From positions 34,288,001 through 34,352,000 of the forward strand of contig OZ249440.1 in NCBI GenBank assembly GCA_965235115.1: 64,000 bases of DNA, read 5' to 3'. The notes beneath the pieces were generated by a model. The model was not told the origin of the DNA. It worked only from the letters and a program-made list of their open reading frames with translations, and did no database searches. The stretch is from Laetmonice hystrix. Its lineage: Eukaryota. Positions within the stretch are counted from its first letter, which is position 1. Every line of letters starts with the position of its first letter. This document shows, piece after piece, positions 60,073 to 64,000 of this stretch. A program made the position numbers and the translations under genes.

Positions 60073-60603
60073 TTCAGGCTCGTCGATAGCCCGGTTGGGC
60101 TGACAGGATGGAGTGTGATTTAATGATATTCCCGTTGGGGCCCGGGATAAAATAGGTTCCTTTCATTTCATGGTCTTTTAACCCTGTTTTCGCCGTGAAG
60201 ATGGCCCCGGATGCCGGCACGGCGGAAAACCACCACTACTCACTCACTCTCACCGTCATCATGGTAGCCACCCGCGAAAGAGCAGAAGAGAAAGTGCTCG
60301 TCTTGGTCGACTTCTGTAACGAATGGTATTAAACGAAGCCCAAACCAAGTTCATGGTCATCAATGGGAAGGAAGAGGACCGACAACCACTCAAAACAGAC
60401 ACCCTGACAGTTCACAATTGCGTCAAGTACAACTACCTGGGATGTATTTTCACTCTTAGATGGCAAACTCTGCAGCGCAGTGAAAGAACAATGCAAGACA
60501 AAGATCCCTCATGTCATCAAATGTAAAGCTTTCATTAAGAAGAACTCTTCCGCCCCATACTCTGTGAAGGAGAAGGTTTTCACAGCGGCCCTGTTGAGTG
60601 TAA

Positions 60604-60779
60604 AGGCCTAGACACACATGGGCGTCAAGAGGGAAGCGTCGAGCGTCATTTTGAAAATGACGCTCTAAATGCTCAGTAGAGAACAGTTGTTTTTTGATGC
60701 GCCGCCCATATGTGAATGGTGTAAAAGAAAACCATGACGCTGGACGCTCGACTCTTGACGCGCATGTGTGTCTAGGCCT
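60604..60779. mobile_element. Palindromic MITE (Harbinger-like)
   Basis: aggcctagacacacatgggcgtcaagag pairs with ctcttgacgcgcatgtgtgtctaggcct; TSD not clean. Confidence 0.7.
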
Positions 60780-61482
60780 TATGCGTGTATTTGAAAGACG
60801 TAGTGCCTGCATCATTGGCGGGATTTAGGTCTCCCCAAGTTAGATTCCATGGCTAGTAAAATATTGTAGTAAACCACCTGCCTAGGGAGAAAAGGTTATA
60901 GACAATATAAATGCCATGATTAATTGGCATAACATGGTGCCGATACCCAATTTCTCTTATTTACTAAGGCCAAGCATCATCCCATAGAGAGGCTAAACGG
61001 CTTGATTAATGGTCATATCTCAATATATGGCACCTGGTTCATAAATAAGGCTCGATGCATTAGACTAAATGCATTTCGTTCTTGACTTATATGATAATGT
61101 ATTGACTTCTTGAGCTTTACAGCACTGACCTTTCTCTTTAATTTATGTGCAGGTGTGGCACCGAAAACCCTCAGTGACATTAACTGCTCTTCCTGGAGAT
61201 GAATCGTGGAACAGTATGGCCAATGGTATGTGCAAAGTCCAGCTCCTACATCAAAGGAATTTTCAAAGTTGCGGGCCGATCTTCTTGGTGCAAGGCAGAA
61301 ACTGGGCAAACAGATTCCCGCTGTGCAGGCAACCATAAATGTCATTGTAACCTTAAATGTCGTATGACAACATTTACAGATGCCTAAATGTCGTCGACAA
61401 TTATGGACACTTATATGCCGTAATATGTCGTGACGACATTTAATCATCTGTACATGTCGTCAGACGACATTTAAGGACGGGA

Positions 61483-61920
61483 ATTTTTGTGTGTATAGCA
61501 TAGTCCTAGTATCAGCTTTCAAATAAACCATAAAAAATTATTTGTAGGTTTTTATTCTTATTTTCGAGAAAAGGATGGGTTAAGATTGGTCAATTTAACA
61601 TTGAACTCAATGACCACCCGTTTTTTGCATTAAAGCTTTCCCACTCTATATCAAAAATTAAAACGGAGACCTACCTTTTTCTCTCATTTAAAATAAGCAA
61701 TATTGTCCTAAGATGAATATATGTATAATTTGGAATAATGTTATTAGCACAGGTAGTTCAGCAGAAGTAAAAACGTCCCAGAAGGTCTATATCCCCATTG
61801 AATCCGATGTTAAATTGATCAATCTTTACCCCTCATTTTCTTGAAAATTAGCACGGTGACCTATCATTTCTAAGGCTTTATTTTGAAGCTTATACTGTGA
61901 CTATGCTATACACAAAAAAT
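61483..61920. mobile_element. About 440-bp imperfect fold-back element
   Basis: atttttgtgtgtatagcatagtc..agtat pairs with atact..gactatgctatacacaaaaaat; inner arms aagattggtcaatttaacat and atgttaaattgatcaatctt. Confidence 0.65.
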
Positions 61921-63921
61921 AGAACTTTGGTATTGTTTTTAATTTTTGGCTTATGATGCCAGTTTATCTGTAATATTAAGACGTTTAGTAGAAGAAATCG
62001 ATGTTTTATTTTTAGGGGTACATATTGTACATTTAAAAAAAAATTAGCTCACACAAATTTCTGCATTGAGCTAATGCTTAAATTAACATACGGAATATTC
62101 TCAGTGTTTCAAGAAGGGCTGTTTACTCATCAATACCCTAGGCCTACTCTCTCACACCTCATTAGAACAGTATGAATATTTTACCTTAAGAAATATTGAT
62201 GAGACGCGAAAATCACCCCGTTTACAGGAGGCGTATATAGTTCCATGGAATAGTGAACGTTTTAACTTCAGGTATTGCTCTTTCAAGTTTTAGTTGCTGC
62301 ACAGTAAAGAATCTGACACTACGACATATATAAGCACCTTGGTTTTTGAAAGGAACATTCCCATACTTAAATGTCGTCTATATTTACAGATGCTTAAATG
62401 TAGTCACCCGGTCTTTACAAAGCTGGTGTACGTAACATTGACAGAAATACCTTGAAAATGACCAAGGTAGCATTCACCTGACCCGGTGATCAGCGTTGGT
62501 GAATATCAATGGTATACACCACCAGAATATTGATAATCGGCATCACTTCCATCAAATTATTGGATTGTGCAATAATCTTGGAGAAAACTTGCTTTAAACC
62601 TATGCAAGTAATCTGACTCTAAATCCTTGATGTACGTAACATCTTGACATTTCTTAAGGCCATCCTTTCCTGAATGTTCAGAATCCTCCATTTTGCTGCT
62701 CTCCTCAACCGGAACTGCCATAAATGGGTCACATGGGGGGAGGGTGCCTAATCCCGTCACCACGGATGTCACAAAGTTTCAATTTGGCAGGCATGGGCGA
62801 AAATATAGTATTGGCGTACGTAACAGATAATTGACAGAAAAAAATGTGATTATATTCTGAGTGATGCAGGCCACAAATGCTATGGTTGATGGCTATGATT
62901 GATATCTATTCAAACCTCTGGTGAACAAAGCTGCTCTTACATGGGGTAAAGGTTATCTGTTGTAGGTACCAGAAAACGGGCTGGCATGGTTTGTGTACGT
63001 AACAGAGATTGACAGAAATGGTTACGTACACATGGCACCCAAAAGATTGTCCAGGAACAAAATATGCAGCAGGCAGCATGTATGAACAGTGGGCCTATAG
63101 AAATAACATGATATTTTGGATTGTTGCAAAGAGATAATAAGAGAAAGTAACTTATATAGAGGGAATGTTTTATTGTGGAAGTGGGACTGCCTCTCTCAGG
63201 TTTGGAAAATGCAGTCAAAATTGGGGTGTTTTGAGGTTTGACACCCCCATTACAAAAAAACAAGGGGGCATTTTTTTCAATTTTTTTTTTTATATCTTTA
63301 GTGTTGTCAGTTAATGGAAATATATTAATCATTTAGAAATTATCAGAAAGTTGTGTGATTTACATAATGAAATTCTGTTAGCTCTAATGTGTAGCACCTT
63401 GGTAGACTGACCCATATACATTAGTCGTGTATTGTCGCAAGCTCACCCATAATGGATCCTGACCCAATATGTGTATAAACACAGTTGTTCAATAACATAT
63501 AATATACCCCCTCTAACCTAAAAAATTCTAACACAATCCTTCTGTCCTTTAGTCACAATTCTATCACAAACCCCCATTATTTCCGTACCTTACTAGGTAT
63601 AGGCAAAGATATATATCATTTCCTTCAAGTTAGATAGTGTGCAAAAAATGTATCCTAAAGATGCTACATATTGTGGTTTTGGAATACAGTTCTTTATCAT
63701 TATTAATAACAGTGTGTGTAATATATTCAATTTATTCCAATTTCAGAAACGCACTGTCTCTGATGCACTCCTTGAAGTGGCAGAGGAAATCTCCCGCAAA
63801 TGGGGTACTGCCAGAATTTCTAGTCCCTAGGGGGCGCTAACAGCAACTCAGATACGATGCTGACGTTAGGCCTACAGTGACACCGCGGCTGCCGCGAAGA
63901 TCAAAGATCAACAGCACAGCA

Positions 63922-64000
63922 ATGACAGCCGAGTGCTGTATTCCCAAATGCCCAAATGTTGGGGGACACAGATTTCCTTGGTCCGATAGAAAGTGGATGG
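63922..64000 (+). CDS. Start of a THAP zinc-finger ORF (runs off the window; probably a DNA transposon)
   Basis: ATG at 63922 reads MTAECCIPKCPNVGGHRFPWSDRKWM, matching the THAP N-terminal CCxPxC...HRFP...RxxW pattern. Confidence 0.55.
   Translation, partial: MTAECCIPKCPNVGGHRFPWSDRKWM

Larger units (their letters stand above)
54573..60250 (+). mobile_element. Full-length I-group (Nimb-like) LINE, potentially active
   Basis: 12-bp TSD caccgtcatcat (54561-54572 and 60251-60262); 5' UTR, open ORF1 and ORF2, (tcac)n tail. Confidence 0.97.
54455..60600 (+). pseudogene. Old non-LTR RT remnant (LMDD motif), split by the full-length I element; occupies 54455-54572 and 60251-60600
   Basis: DGFLGWLHTHMLMDDTVI|MVATRERAEEK...N..QTKFMVING...YNYLGCIFT reads through when the insertion is removed. 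Confidence 0.7.

Noticed and set aside
61000..63840. Short ORFs as host exons
   Set aside because: No recognisable domains, in-frame stops are present and no consistent splice chain could be built.

Overview
This is eukaryotic, AT-rich DNA that is almost entirely transposon-derived. The element repertoire suggests a marine invertebrate such as a mollusc, but that is an inference. No intact host gene, rRNA, tRNA or CRISPR array is visible. Main contents: (1) a roughly full-length L1/Tx1-type LINE at 8624-28813 whose 5' half is inverted and which holds nested CR1-type, MITE and Helentron/satellite insertions; (2) a decayed, near-full-length CR1/L2-type LINE at about 46150-51565; (3) a young I-group (Nimb-like) LINE family with one full-length copy, one 5'-truncated copy with intact ORF2 and many 3' fragments; (4) an Ngaro-type tyrosine-recombinase retrotransposon; (5) Gypsy and DNA-transposase remnants and many MITEs. 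The most striking observation is that both the L1/Tx1-type and the CR1/L2-type LINE encode an L1-like ORF1p (coiled coil, RRM, CTD) fused to a C-terminal NADAR (YbiA/DUF1768) domain, with the conserved motif residues intact and a homologous linker. This is a candidate retrotransposon-borne ADP-ribose/N-glycoside eraser module shared across LINE clades. All domain calls were made by eye from motifs; no searches were run.
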